Of a stretch of 64,000 bases of DNA, positions 25,001 through 37,159 are shown one piece after another. The notes under the pieces are model-generated. The model was given only the letters and a program-made list of their open reading frames with translations, ran no database searches and had not been told where the DNA came from. The DNA is from Podarcis muralis. Its lineage: Eukaryota. The stretch spans positions 38,688,001 to 38,752,000 of the forward strand of contig NC_135668.1 of NCBI RefSeq assembly GCF_964188315.1. Reading direction: 5' to 3'. A program made the translations under genes and the position numbers. The first letter of the stretch is position 1, and every line of letters starts with the position of its first letter.

Positions 25001-25869
25001 TGTCTTCAAACGATGTCACTGAGATAATTCTGAAGTGTAAGTTATGAAGGATGTTGTTGCTTTCCTAGAAAAATAATGCCTGTCCATGCACAAGCATGGA
25101 AATAGGGTTGTTAGTCTGTTGTATTTAAATCTGCAAGGAACAGATCATGGACAGAGAGCTGGATCCTCTTTTGCAGTGCTGGAATTCAGAGCAGAAAAAA
25201 ACAGCCAGTAGGCCTTGAGCAGAAGGATGAGAAAATGAAACCAATCATAATCATACAGGGAAACTGACAAGTCTCCTTTCTTCCAAGCACGATTAAAGTT
25301 TTTATAAAAATGAGCTCAGCCCGCAACTGGAGCTTGTGTATATGTGTGTGTATATAAATAACATTGATCCTATCCCCTTTAATTGCTCAAGCTCTCTTTA
25401 TTTGTAGTTTAGGCTCCAGTCCTGAAACGGTCCATTGGAGTTTCTCTGTGCAGAACTCCCTGCAGGATTGGTGCCATAGTGTCTGCACATGCTGCCATCT
25501 TGAGGGTTGCCTGAAGCCATCCGCATTTAAATGTTATTTTAAATAGCATCGCTGAGTGAATCCAATAACACTTTAATGCAGCACAAAGAGCAGAGCACAG
25601 CAATAGAATTTAGTCCCTACATCACCAAAGAGCACTGACCAGAAAATCAGCTAGGGTAAACTGATGAATTTGTGGTCTTGCTCAGAAATGCTTTATACAT
25701 TATTTGGGTTACAGCTTTAGTTTTCAGTTTATAAATTGTTTTTTGCCCAAACAGCTATGGAAAGGACATAATGCTCACCAGAACAATCCTTATGGGAACA
25801 ATGGTCCAAAAGTAAACTACGAGTTTGTAGAATAATTCCATACATTTCAATTGCCATATCAAAGTGTGC

Positions 25870-26060
25870 TTATACATCACATTTACATCCTGCACTTCAT
25901 GCAAGGAGCTCAAAGTGGTGGTGTTTTCACCTCACAACCCTATGAGGTAGGTTCTGCTGAGAAATAGTAATGCACCTACAGCCACTCAGTAAACTTCATG
26001 GCTGAGTGGTATAATTTGAATCAAGTTGTATCCAAACACAACATCTTAGTCACCACACTG
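25870..26060 (-). mobile_element. Squam3/MIR-like SINE
   Basis: ggagctcaaagtgg...cctcacaaccctatgaggtagg...cactcagtaaacttcatggctgagtgg matches the reverse complement of the MIR-derived squamate SINE core. Confidence 0.7.
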
Positions 26061-26134
26061 GATTTTACTATTGCACTCACTATCCAGCTATTTCCTCCTA
26101 TATCTTGATGGAAGACAGGTTAAAGCACAAATCC

Positions 26135-26260
26135 ATTAAATGAGTTGTCTAAAGTGGCAAAGCAAGTCAGTGTCAGAGACAGGATTACAATCAGGGAGTT
26201 TCCAAATTCTACACTTTAACCAATTTTGACTCTCCCTGCCATAATTTGAATGCCTTCCTA
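26135..26260 (-). mobile_element. Old MIR-like fragment
   Basis: ttaaatgagttgtctaaagtggcaaagcaagtcagtgtcagagacaggatt resembles the MIR core and head in reverse. Confidence 0.4.
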
Positions 26261-29200
26261 TTAAAATCCAGTGTGATGACACACCAAAAAAAGACAATTG
26301 ATGCTCCCCCTGCCCCAACATGCATACAGCCATGTAAAAATTGCTTAGGGGAGAGGGAGGGGTGCTCACTAGAAGATATTGCTGACTCTCAGGGTGGCTT
26401 GTCTTCCCTAACAGGCAAAAACAACTGCTTCCAGAGTACACAAGGCATGGCTTCTTTCAAAAGATTTATTATGGGTGGATTGGGTCTGTGACAGCAATAG
26501 CTCCTCAGCAGAGGGTAACAGCAGTGATTAAATGACAGTTCTTGTGAGTCTCTCCAACCCACAGCAATTGTGCAGGTTGCAGATAAGAGGAAATCAGTTC
26601 CCTACCACAAGACTCCTCAACAAGTAGATTTGCATAAACACATGCTCCCTGTAACATGAATCCACTATCCTGCTCACTCTGGTCTGAGACTGATCAAACA
26701 GCAAACTGGCCAGGGAGAATATAACTTTTACATAGCAAGAGATGGCAAAAAGTGTAATCATCCAGTTGGAGACTTGGTAACAGACATTAATTGTGCCAGT
26801 TATTTCAGCAATTAAGAAATGGGGCGGTCAACAAGAGATTCTGATTTTTCTTAACTTCTGTCAAAGTATACATTACTCTAGAATTCCCCCTTGATTACTT
26901 TAGTTCAATTATCCTACTTGTGACAATGCCTAAACTCCATCTGTGGTGCTGATTACCCTTTTCTGGCTTGATGCTGCATTTATCCCCCACAAAATGGACC
27001 TGCCTTGCGCCATTCTCAGCCTAGGCTTTGTTCAGATCTTTCTCTCATGCAATCCTGCATCTTGCATGTTCCAGCCCAGCACACTATGTCTTGATATTAT
27101 ATGGCTCAAATGAGTGATGGGTTCTCAAACAACAACAACAACAAAAACGTAAACCTGCTGTCCCTTTTGATTTCATCAGGTGCAAACAATATATATACGC
27201 CTCGTGCTGGTGCACTATGCCTAGGTTGATCTTAATCTCACATGTATTCTGAACCACGACTGTCTTACCAGTGAAAGTAGGTTTTAGCTGATGCCTTCAA
27301 GTAGGTTTACAGGACAAGGAGGCAAGGCACTGTCAGCAGGAGGCCTTGTTAGATTTTTTCACCTGCAATGCTAATAACACTGACAAAAGGGAATGCCCCC
27401 AAGGACACTAAACTGGCAATATACTCTTCTCTTGCCTATCAGACCTTCAATGAAAACAGCTCCTAAATATTGCATCTAATACTTGTTTATTTTATTCAAG
27501 AGTCATCCTGAAGCTGTGGCAAGTGAGAAAATAAACACTATAAGAATCAGTGGCTCTTTAAATAACCATGGTTATTTTCAAAGTTAAGTGGAGTTCATAG
27601 TTCCCCAGGGAAATGCATTTGGCTTGTGAATAGCTCAAAGTGTGTGGCTCAAACTGTAGACAGATGTTGTTATAACAATCCCAAGATAACAGCTACTGGC
27701 AAATGTGAAATTATCGCATTTGTATCCTACTGTTTGTTCAAAAGAGCTTGAAACAGCATACTTCTATATATTTTAAAAGGCATCCTTTTATTTCCATTTT
27801 AATATAGAAACATACATCTGACATTCCATCCAGAAATAAGAACACTGACAACCTATCTACAAACATGACTTTTTTCTTCTTCTGAGTACGATAGGCTATT
27901 GAGTATAAATAGATCAAAAGAATAGGCCCACTCCTACATGGCTTCCTTATCACAACAAAATCCTGTTATGGGAGAATCGGAACCCCTTGAATCTAAATAT
28001 TCATGTTATTGCATCTCAGCAAGGAACAAAGAAAAATCCTGTTTGCTGTTGAGGAAGCTTGTGGTAGCAAAAGTCACCTTCCTATGGGATTTAAAATGTA
28101 GCATCAATTTCACAGATGAAAACGAGGATGCTCCTGTGAAAGAGTGGGTGGCCCCAGGGGTGCACTCAATTTTGGCCATCACAATACAGGATGCTTCTAG
28201 ACTGGTAATATTTTCAGGTGGAATTCAATCACATACCAGCAAATTCAGGTTTCCACAATTAAAGTTGATTTTGGCATTCTTGCACAACAAACCCATTTCA
28301 CTGGACTTTATAAGTGACAGGAAAATACACTGGAAAATGGGGGGGGGGGGTTAACACTTGCCTAGTACAAAATAGCTGTAACTTTCCTATAAACTCTAGG
28401 ATGAATGCTCTAGACAGCATAAGTAAAATTGCATGCAAGCCAGTGGCTCATTATGATAGAAGTTTTGAGACAAGCCCTACATTATAGGGCAAGCCAAACA
28501 TATATATGCTATGACACCAAGAAGATACTGGCTAAGTGGCAGAGGCAAATTTGTCTGTGTTCAATACTATGCCAGAACTCTTTATACCTACTTCTCTTTC
28601 CCTCCCTAACTTCTGCATAATACTTAAGGCTCTTCAGAGGGAGGTAAAGACAGAAAAAAGCCCTCAGGAAATGCATTAAAATACTTTTTCTTCATTTGCC
28701 TCAGACTACAAAACTTACATTATCAATGTATGTTTGGATGTCACCATAAGAACTGAGATCTCGAAGATCTTAAGCTATGTATTAGTACGGTAAAGGCTAT
28801 TCTGAACTTTGAGCTGCCATCAAAAGGTTTGGAGAATGAGGTTTTCATCAGGACAGTAATCTGAAAAAATGTAGTCACAGCTGAACAGTAGAAAGGTAAG
28901 CATTTTCTTAGCATATTTCCTTCTGAACTAGGCTGTCACATAGAAACAGTACAGAGTTTGTATCCAGTGATATCCAAGCCCCATTGCTTCCATCCATTCC
29001 ACCAGGTTTCTGTTATGCTCACTATAACTATGCTCTCCTTTAAAACCAAACAGTCCAGCTTGCTCAGCTTGCCTCAGAGGCTTCTAGCATTAGCACATAA
29101 ATATCTATACATCATTATGTCTCTTTCCAAATGTCTCTGACATGTGCATATTTGCTACAGCACTTTAGCCTCACTGAATGGCTATTGTGTTTCCTGTACT

Positions 29201-32140
29201 TCCATTGCCTAGCTCTATCCCACCTCCATCTGGACAATCAAACATTTACACCCTCATATCTTAGAGACAATTTATCCCAAACCAAATGCTCCCCAGCTGA
29301 TTTTTCACCTTATTGTTATTTTAAGCACCAAGAGTCTGGTTCTGCTTGGTTCCAGTGAATCCTGTCTCCTTTTTGCAGGCCAGGCTTGCCTCAAAACATT
29401 CCTCAGTCCCTACTAGTTCTAAATTCCTCTCTCGCCAGATCTCAGGTGAGCACTGGAACTCCTTGACTTTGCCTGTCCAGCTGGCCCAGTGCATGGAGTG
29501 GTAGCATTTCAGAGAAAGTTACCTTTGAAGTTCCTGAAACTTCTTGCCTAGCAAATTTTGCTTCCATGAACATGTGACTACATTTTTCAGCATCATTCCA
29601 ACCAGCATGCACTGCAAGTATTGACTCTTGCCCAGCACTGTATACAAGACTAAATGACAAGTGACATCTGCAACATACACAACAGGCAAAAAAGTTACTA
29701 TGCACCTGGCCCCAAGTCTTTTCAGTGCCAGGCTAAAGCAGTTTCATACACCCAAGTATTGGAATGCTGATAGCTGTCTCTCACTCAAAGGATGGTTTTT
29801 AGCTGCTTGTTTTATGGGGATCATTTGTGGTTATTTAATGTCAGCAAATGCATACTGGGCAGGGAGGTGTTTCAATTAGTTATTATTTAGTTATTATTGT
29901 ACGTTTTCATGGTATTTATTATGCAGGTCGTCTTGAGACCTTAACCATAACGTGGTGCATACATGAAGTAGTAATAGTAATGCTAATAAATAATACAGTA
30001 TTCAAGCCCATCACAAACCAACACAATGTCTCTACCCGATTGGCCACTACCCAGAACACCCATCCACTAGGGAAGAATCCTCAGCATGTAAGGATATCTG
30101 TTCATTTTCCAAGTACTGAAGGTAATTACAAAGGTAATATGGTAATCTTAACCCTTCATAGCTGAAGTCAAGCCAAAAATACTGCAATTCACCGATCTGT
30201 GGGGAGATTTAAAAAATAAAGTGGTAGAAAGAGTTCAAAGCATTTTTGTTTTGGCATTATCTCAAATCTCCCCTGAACTCTTCAGCCCCTTTATTAGGAA
30301 CAGAATGGGCAAATGCTCTTTACCCTTGCATGTCTGCTGGTTTTCTACTCTTCCCACCCCACCCCCCTGCCCCGACATTATACTATGCAACATTCAAGGT
30401 TGCCATATCATGAGCAGGGATTTTATTGATATGCACTTGGGTTGTGAAAATTATTGCAGTATCTATTCAAGGGGTCTTTTATTATTTTATTACTTTTATT
30501 ATTCCTCCATACCATATGTACATCTCTGATAATACTAGGGGAAAGACAACATGGAAAACAGACCTGAAATGCTGGACAAACGTTATTTCTCTTTACTGGC
30601 TTCTATATTATTAATATGCTCCATCTTCCAAGTCTAACTGGTGTCCTCCCAGTCAAATTCTTTTGAAATTGTGAGCATTGGTGGGTGACATTATGGGGCT
30701 CAACAGCCTCTCTTTCCATCATGCTCCATCTGTGGATGGCTTTGATCTTGGTGTTTAATGAAGGCATTAATTGATAGCACCTGCATGAGGAATTCACACT
30801 GTCTCTTAAGCTGTTTGAAATGCTGAAGCCTCCACCGTCTTAAGAAGAAAAAGAGAGATAAAATAAGATCAGAATCGTTATGAAATTAAGTATGTATATT
30901 TTTATGGACTGTTTGGTGTTTTATTTTTAGGGTCATTTCAGCCTCATTGCTGCACAATATAAGTTATGTCAATTAAACCAGCACTGAACTTTGAAATGCT
31001 CTTTTATGGAATGTGGTTAATATTCAGTAGCACAGTCTTGTATTAAAATACTAGTCTGACAGCCACAGGTGACATTACTATTGCATACAGACAAATCATC
31101 AGGCAGGAAGAGAAAGGATGAAGCTCCTCTGCACTCAGCATAGAATCTACGCACGTTGCCAAAGGAGGAAAGACGCCTCCCCCATGTCCAGCAAATAAAT
31201 CCAATTGGGTGTTGTCTCTCTCCTGCAAACCCCAGCTGACTAGTATTTTCTTTTCTCTTTGCAAGCTAATAACTTTTGAGAACTTATTTATAAGGCTGCA
31301 ATACAGGAACAGTGGTCAATAAAGGAATAGAAAAATGTATGAAAAATGGGAATTCAAGATCAAAAGCAATTTTACTAGTTTAGATTGCTTCAGAACTACA
31401 TTGTTCAATACTGAAATAACACAGGGAATACTTCTTTCAGAGTATCTTGTGGAAGCTGGTTTTAGCAGCAGAGTTCTGACAGGTCATGGGTCTTCCTTAG
31501 AAATAATTTTCCTACACTAAGTTTATAGGGCAAGCTGGAGCTAAAGTCAGGTTGCGTATAGTTCCTATGGAAGAAATGGAAGCAAGGGGAGGCTGCAAAT
31601 ACGAACTTGAATCACAGTATGAGAACCCACTTTGTGCAGATGTGGGAGTTCTCAAAGGCACATACAGCTCTCCTGCCCTAAGATTAATTGCTATGGAAGA
31701 AACATCTGTGTGCAAAGATCCCTGTAATGAAATGAATGGGGTGTGTGCATCAGAAGAACCATAACACTTTTGTTTTCTTCTATCTCGTTGGTTTTAATAT
31801 ATGAACCATGGGGTCAAAATTTTGGCTGCTCAGTTGCAATCTAAACCATGTGCAGCATTATAGTTTCATTATTATTTATTATATTTGCCAGTCACTCTTC
31901 TTATGGAATAACCCAAAGCAGCTTACATTAAAACCGATCAAGTACAACAATCAAAACCAAAAAATACAGCTTTATGGAAAAAAAGCAGGTTACTTTCCCA
32001 CTAAATGAGGCAACAATGCCAACCCTTAACTAAGGGCCAAAGGTCTGGGTAAAGAGAGAAGTATTCACATGGTGCCTAAAACTGGATAAAGATGGGGTCA
32101 GGTATGACTGCTTGGGGAGAGCATTCCACAAGTGGGGGAG

Positions 32141-32509
32141 CAGTGGTGTACCTAGGGGTTGGCTAGGTTGGCCCTTGCCAAGGGTGTATGCCCAGGAGAG
32201 TGCAAAAATTGTGCCTCTTCACTCTGGCTCGGAGTGGCTAGGAAGGAAAACAGCGAGGGGAGGAAGGCAGGATGGACCAATGGGGTGGGTGGGAGGCAAA
32301 ACATTGCAGACCCGACCCTGATGGCAGCGGAGGCAGTCAATGGCAGAGCACAAAAATAGATGAAGAGCAACCTTTTTGTGTTTCTGGTCTATGGGCTCTC
32401 CCGGCTTCGGAAGTGCCAATACAACTCCTTACCAAAGATGCAAGGGCCGGGGGGGGGGGGGAGAATACAGCTTTTTGCTAAGTGCACAAGGTAACCTAGG
32501 TATGCCGAG
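32141..32509. mobile_element. Non-autonomous DNA transposon (superfamily unassigned)
   Basis: Terminal inverted motifs CAGTGGTGTACCTAGG... and ...AACCTAGGTATGCC; GC-rich interior unlike the flanks. Confidence 0.55.
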
Positions 32510-32588
32510 GGGACCACTTCCTGAATCACATAAGATTTATAGCTCAAAACCAGCATTTTGAATTGAGCCTGGAAACTAGCCAGTGCAG

Positions 32589-32734
32589 TCATGGATAGCT
32601 CAGTTGGTTGGAGTGTGGTGCGGATAATGCCAAGGTTGCAGGTTTGATCCCCGTGTGGGACAGCTGCATATTCCTGCACTGCAGGGGGTTGGACTAGATG
32701 ATCCTCAGGGTCCCTTCCAACTCTGATTCTATGA
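32589..32734 (+). mobile_element. tRNA-Ile-derived SINE with a CR1-type 3' tail
   Basis: 32589-32662 aligns to vertebrate tRNA-Ile (TAGCTCAGTTGGTT..GTGGTG..ATAA.GCCAAGGT.GC.GGTT.GATCCCCGT); followed directly by TTCCTGCA...GGTTGGACTAGATGATCCTCAGGGTCCCTTCCAACTCTGATTCTATGA, a CR1-like end. Confidence 0.8.
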
Positions 32735-32756
32735 AATACAGTATTGGGGTTACAGT

Positions 32757-33190
32757 ATATGTTTAGACCATCATACTCTGGTCAACGATCTGGCCACAGA
32801 ATTCTGCACCAGATGCAGTTTCCAACCTATCTTCATAAGCAGCCCAATTTATAACACACTGCAGTCCTCCATCCTAAGGTTACCAGAGCAGACAACAGAA
32901 GTAGCTGTCCTAGCACAGCTGTATCACAAGTTATGGCTGATGGAGGGCAATCCATACCACCAAGGCCATGGGCCTCAAGCAACAGTAACGGATACAGAAG
33001 TACTCCATGCTACATACCTTCTCCTTCAGAGATAGCATAACTCCATCCAGAGTATGCCACATCCCATTCATCCAGTCTAGGGAACCACCTATAAATAGTG
33101 CCTTAGTCTTGTCTGGATTAAGCTTCAGTTTATTGGTTCTTATCCAGCCCATTACTCACTCTGAAAGATTAGGCTTAATAGATTGTCTAG
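32757..33190 (-). mobile_element. L2 ORF2 fragment
   Basis: Minus-strand translation WIRTNKLKLNPDKTKAL...LDGV.L.LKEKVCS; further on LLSALVTL.MEDCSVL...LETASGAE, degenerate L2 C-terminal motifs. Confidence 0.8.
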
Positions 33191-33770
33191 TATTTGTGCT
33201 GTAAAGGGCAAGAACTGCTTGTGTAATCCAGCATTCCTAGTCAGAGCATTGAATGGTACTAGTGATCTAAAATTATACCTATTTTGCTTCAGGAACATAG
33301 ACACCTCCTACAATTTTAACCTACCAGTAGCTAAAACTAAAAGTCTGTGGATGGCTTTGCATGTTATATTTTTAAAGATCTGGATCATGGCCTCATTCAT
33401 TCACTCATTTATTATCTCCCATTACATGATATCAGATCAGGTTAAAATGTAATTAAAAACAATACATCTATTTTCAGGGTCTCAAGGGGCAGGTTGTGTG
33501 GGAAACTGTGTTCAACTCTGTGATCCATAGCACCGCCACAAGCAGTGCTACAGCCTCTTGGAAGCACAGCACTGGCAACCATTTTGCTGTACTTTTCCCA
33601 GTTATTAATATTTAATAAATGAAGAAGGCCTGTGTAAAAAGCTAGCATCCTGGCATCTAATGCTTCTGATGTCTTTAGTACTAGTATTAGATAGCACTTT
33701 TCATGTTGACTAGGGGTTGAATGGGTAGAAGGGGGTTTACGTGTGCCTTGTATTTAGTGGTCCTAGTTCA

Positions 33771-34130
33771 GACGCGGGTGGCACTGTGGGTTAAACCACA
33801 GAACCTAGGACTTGCTGATCAGAAGGTTGGCGGTTCGAATCCCCGTGACAGGGTGAGCTCCCGTTGCTCGGTCCCTGCTCCTGCCAACCTAACAGTTCGA
33901 AAGCACATCAAAGTGCAAGTAGATAAATAAGGGACCACTCCGGCGGGAAGGTAAACGGTGTTTCTGTGTGCTGCTCTGGTTCACCAGAAGCGGCTTAGTC
34001 ATGCTGGCCACATGATCTGGAAGCTGTCTGCGGACAAACGCCGGCTCCCTCGGCCTATAGAGCGAGATGAGCGCACAACCCCAGAGTCGGTCACGACTGG
34101 GCCTAATTGTCAGGGGCCCCTTTACTTTTA
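33771..34130 (+). mobile_element. Sauria SINE, full length
   Basis: GACGCGGGTGGCACTGTGGGTTAAACCACAG head, conserved body, CCCCTTTACTTTTA tail; CTAGTTC on both flanks. Confidence 0.95.
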
Positions 34131-34404
34131 CTAGTTCTCCTATTTTCTGTTAACTGCAGAGATATTAAAGAAGAGTTCCAACTAGAGATCTAAATGTGAA
34201 GACAGGTTCAATTATTAGCTGACATGGTTAATTCCTTTATTAATTTATCTAGTACTCATTCTAAAGCTATCTAAACTAATGGTCATCACAATATTCTGTG
34301 GAGATTAAATCAATAAACTGTTTTGAGTGAATAACTTTATGGTTGTTGCTATTTTGTCCTAAAATGACTATTCATTTCTACTTCATTTAACATTGGATAT
34401 ACTT

Positions 34405-34560
34405 TGCAATTTTTTTCACAGTCATCCTCAAAACATCTATGCAAGATCATTTTCATTCTAGTTTGCAGCTGGGGAACTGGGGTTATGTACTAGTTAGTCA
34501 CCAAGGCCCAACTAAGGATTCTGTGATAGAACCTGAATTTGAACAGGGCCAAACCCCAAA
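34405..34560 (-). mobile_element. Old MIR-like fragment
   Basis: cctcaaaacatctatgcaag...ttttcattctagtttgcagctggggaactgggg...caccaaggcc...gaacctgaatttgaac, MIR-like in reverse. Confidence 0.45.
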
Positions 34561-36073
34561 CACCTGGGGAAGAATCTGCTTTGTCAGATCCACTCTCTGG
34601 GTCTGCTTCTGTTGCTAGCCTTCCAAGGACTAGACTTTTATTTGGCATATGTTTGTAAAATCTCTGACTTCAACTGAGTCATACTAGCACCCAGCAGCCA
34701 AGGAGGGCCTCTTGAGTTTTCGAAAAGATTGAGTCTGCAAAGCAGGCAATTCCATGGGTGAAAGATTCAAAATGACCTCAAACTGTATTAAGACCAACGA
34801 TGATCACTTAATCCTAACCCAGGGTTTTGGTCTCAGCAGCTAGACAAGTCTCCAAGTAAAGCAAAGCTTAATATTCTTGATAGCTGGATTCAATTTAGGC
34901 ATGCAGCAGAGACGATAGTCAGGGAAGGAGACAAATAGTCTTCAGACAATTAAATTTAATTGTTCCATCTGAAGATTATTTATCTCCTTCCCTGATTATT
35001 GTCTCCTCCAAGTAGTGAATAAATTGGAACCAGCAATCGGCAAGAGTTACTCTATTCCCCTGAAACGAAGCTGAGTTCTGAAGAAACATCAGGCTTTCAG
35101 ATCAACATGACGCTTTGTTCTAATAAGCTAGTGGCTGCTTTAGATCTGCCACCTTTGAACATCTTTTTAGCAGACACCAAATCAGCAAAAGTACATTCCA
35201 GCATCCTCCTTTTATACCAACATTTGGCAGCTCTGAGTTAAAACTACTATATCACCTGACCCAATCAAATGTTCAAAGCTAGATTTGAATATAATGCTAC
35301 TATGTGAAAATAATTACTACAAAATGGCACACTCACCCTGTTACTTTAAAAAGATGATTTCAGCATAAGCCTGCGGAGGAAGACTTTAAATTCTTTGTCT
35401 TCCTAGTCCAGAGAGTAAGTAAGTTCAAACCACTATCGCCTGCTGTAAGGCACCAAACCTTCTACCTCTCAAAAATAATGTATTGTGCAAAATGTTGACT
35501 ATCAAAGAAGTGCTTCCTAGTAGAATTGATTTGAGGTCCTCTTGTGCAACAAACCCACCTCAAAAAAATCAGATCGGAAAATGCACTGTAAATTGAGGGA
35601 TAGCAACAGATCGACACAATGCTGTATAACCTCCCCACAAAGAAATCAGGATGAATGCTCAAATATATTACCTGCCAGTGACCTGAGAGGTAGTGAGCAT
35701 TAGAAGAAGGATATAATCCACTAGCTGCTAGTGCAGAAACTGCTGGAGATCAAGTGATTTAAGTTTAAAAAACACCAATGGCTCTATATTCTATAGCTTT
35801 CACTGTAACCATCTATATCTGTCGTGAGGCTTTGTGTATGAATCTTTGTTCAAGGACTGAAATTGGATGTCTTGCTATGCAAAAAGTAGAAGCAGCTCTG
35901 CTCACCAGGCACTTCTCATGTTCTCACACACCATGAACCTGACAGAATTCTTAAGCTACTTGAATTCATCTCCCCACAGATGTGTAGAGCAAAGTCAGGG
36001 CTTATCCATATAAACAATCTCCAAAACAAGGGTTTTTCCATAGCACTGAAAAATATTACATAGCTGCAATATA

Positions 36074-36202
36074 CAGTGGTACCTCGGTTTAAGAACAACC
36101 CTGTTCACAAACTATTCGGTTTATGAAGTCTGCAAAACCGCTAGTAGTGTCCCAGTTTGCGAACTTTACCTCGGTCCAAGAACGGAATCCGAACAGTGGA
36201 AG
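36074..36202. mobile_element. Left end of a Tigger/pogo-like element, truncated by the adjacent LTR-like sequence
   Basis: TA|CAGTGGTACCTCGGTTTAAGAAC TIR; no matching right TIR seen. Confidence 0.7.
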
Positions 36203-36900
36203 TGTTAGGATCGTCCTACTCGCGTGTAGGACCCTGGCAGAGACACAGACCCGACTGGCAAGTTCTCTCCCTCCTGGTCTGTCGCACACGTCTCACCTGG
36301 ATAGAAGCAGGGCCATGCAAAACTGGTAGGCCCCATTTCAATAATCTTCCCCAAAGGGACTGTTCCCCTTTGCCTCTGGGTTTGTGCTGTTGGCATCCGT
36401 CTGCTTCAGGAGACCATGCAAGAGTGCCCCTTCGGGAGTAAAGTCAAACCGTTGGAGAGTTACAGCACTGGTTGTGGCTGTAGAGACCGAGACAGGAGAG
36501 GCATGTTTTATTGGGGCAGATGAAGCTCTCTGATTTTGCTGCTACAGGTGCGCCATGGCGTTTCTCCCCTCAGAGATCATTCCTCTTCTGGTCAGTGCTG
36601 TGGATACACAACCCTAACTGCTTCCAGGCACTGCAAGCTGCCTTCCCTTCACCACAGCCACAATTAGATGAGGGGCTCACCACTTCCCTCAGAAAGGCAC
36701 CAAATGGCTTTTTCATACGGAAGGTTCTAGAACAGATTTCCCCTCTCAGGAATTTCCCTTCAGAATCACCACAGCACACGAAGGCTGGGACTTAAGACAG
36801 GTCTGCTTCCAATTGGCTCTCTCTGCTTCTTCTCAGATTCTGATTGGCTGTACAAGGTATCCGTCTCAGAGAGCTTTGCCTGATACCATTCTTCCTCCCC
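36203..36900 (-). mobile_element. LTR-like sequence (probable solo or truncated LTR)
   Basis: On the minus strand it ends ...GATCCTAACA at 36203, with two CCAAT boxes (about 36808-36850) and an AATAAA (about 36507-36512). The other boundary and a TSD were not found. Confidence 0.5.
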
Positions 36901-36918
36901 CAAAACGTTGTTATTATA

Positions 36919-36998
36919 CAGGGTGAGTCCTTTAAAAGAGGCCCTGTGGATACAGAGTACACGTGTTCCACGGGGCCTCTTTTAAAAGTCTCACCCTG
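36919..36998. mobile_element. 80-bp mariner-type mini-MITE
   Basis: 32-bp TIRs (29/32 identical, CAGGGTGAG...GAGGCCC.GTGGA) around a 16-bp spacer; TA on both flanks. Confidence 0.85.
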
Positions 36999-37159
36999 TA
37001 GTTTGGCTGTATCAAAAGGAAATAATAAATGCAGTGAGTTTAAAATTTAAAAAAATCCCTACCCCAAATTAGCTAACAGATCAAGCCGGCAATCCTATGC
37101 ACACTCAGCTGGGAGTAGGCTGAACTCAATGGGGCTTATATGTGAATAGATATTGTATA

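Larger units (their letters stand above)
19390..31721 (-). pseudogene. Candidate decayed multi-exon gene of unknown identity
   Basis: TE-poor stretch with minus-strand polypyrimidine-AG acceptors (31721, 31222, 30838, 29649, 25064, 24296, 21451) followed by protein-like translations broken by stops and frameshifts. No homolog recognised; could be chance. Confidence 0.35.

Noticed and set aside
27938-28354. 138-aa plus-strand ORF
   Set aside because: No recognisable motif or splice context. The opposite strand also reads open (PPENITSLEASCIVMAKIEC...), so it may belong to the putative minus-strand fossil gene or be chance.
32589-32662. Functional tRNA-Ile gene
   Set aside because: The acceptor stem is degenerate, U33 is replaced by G, the T-loop reads TTTGA, and a CR1-like tail follows directly; this is a SINE head.
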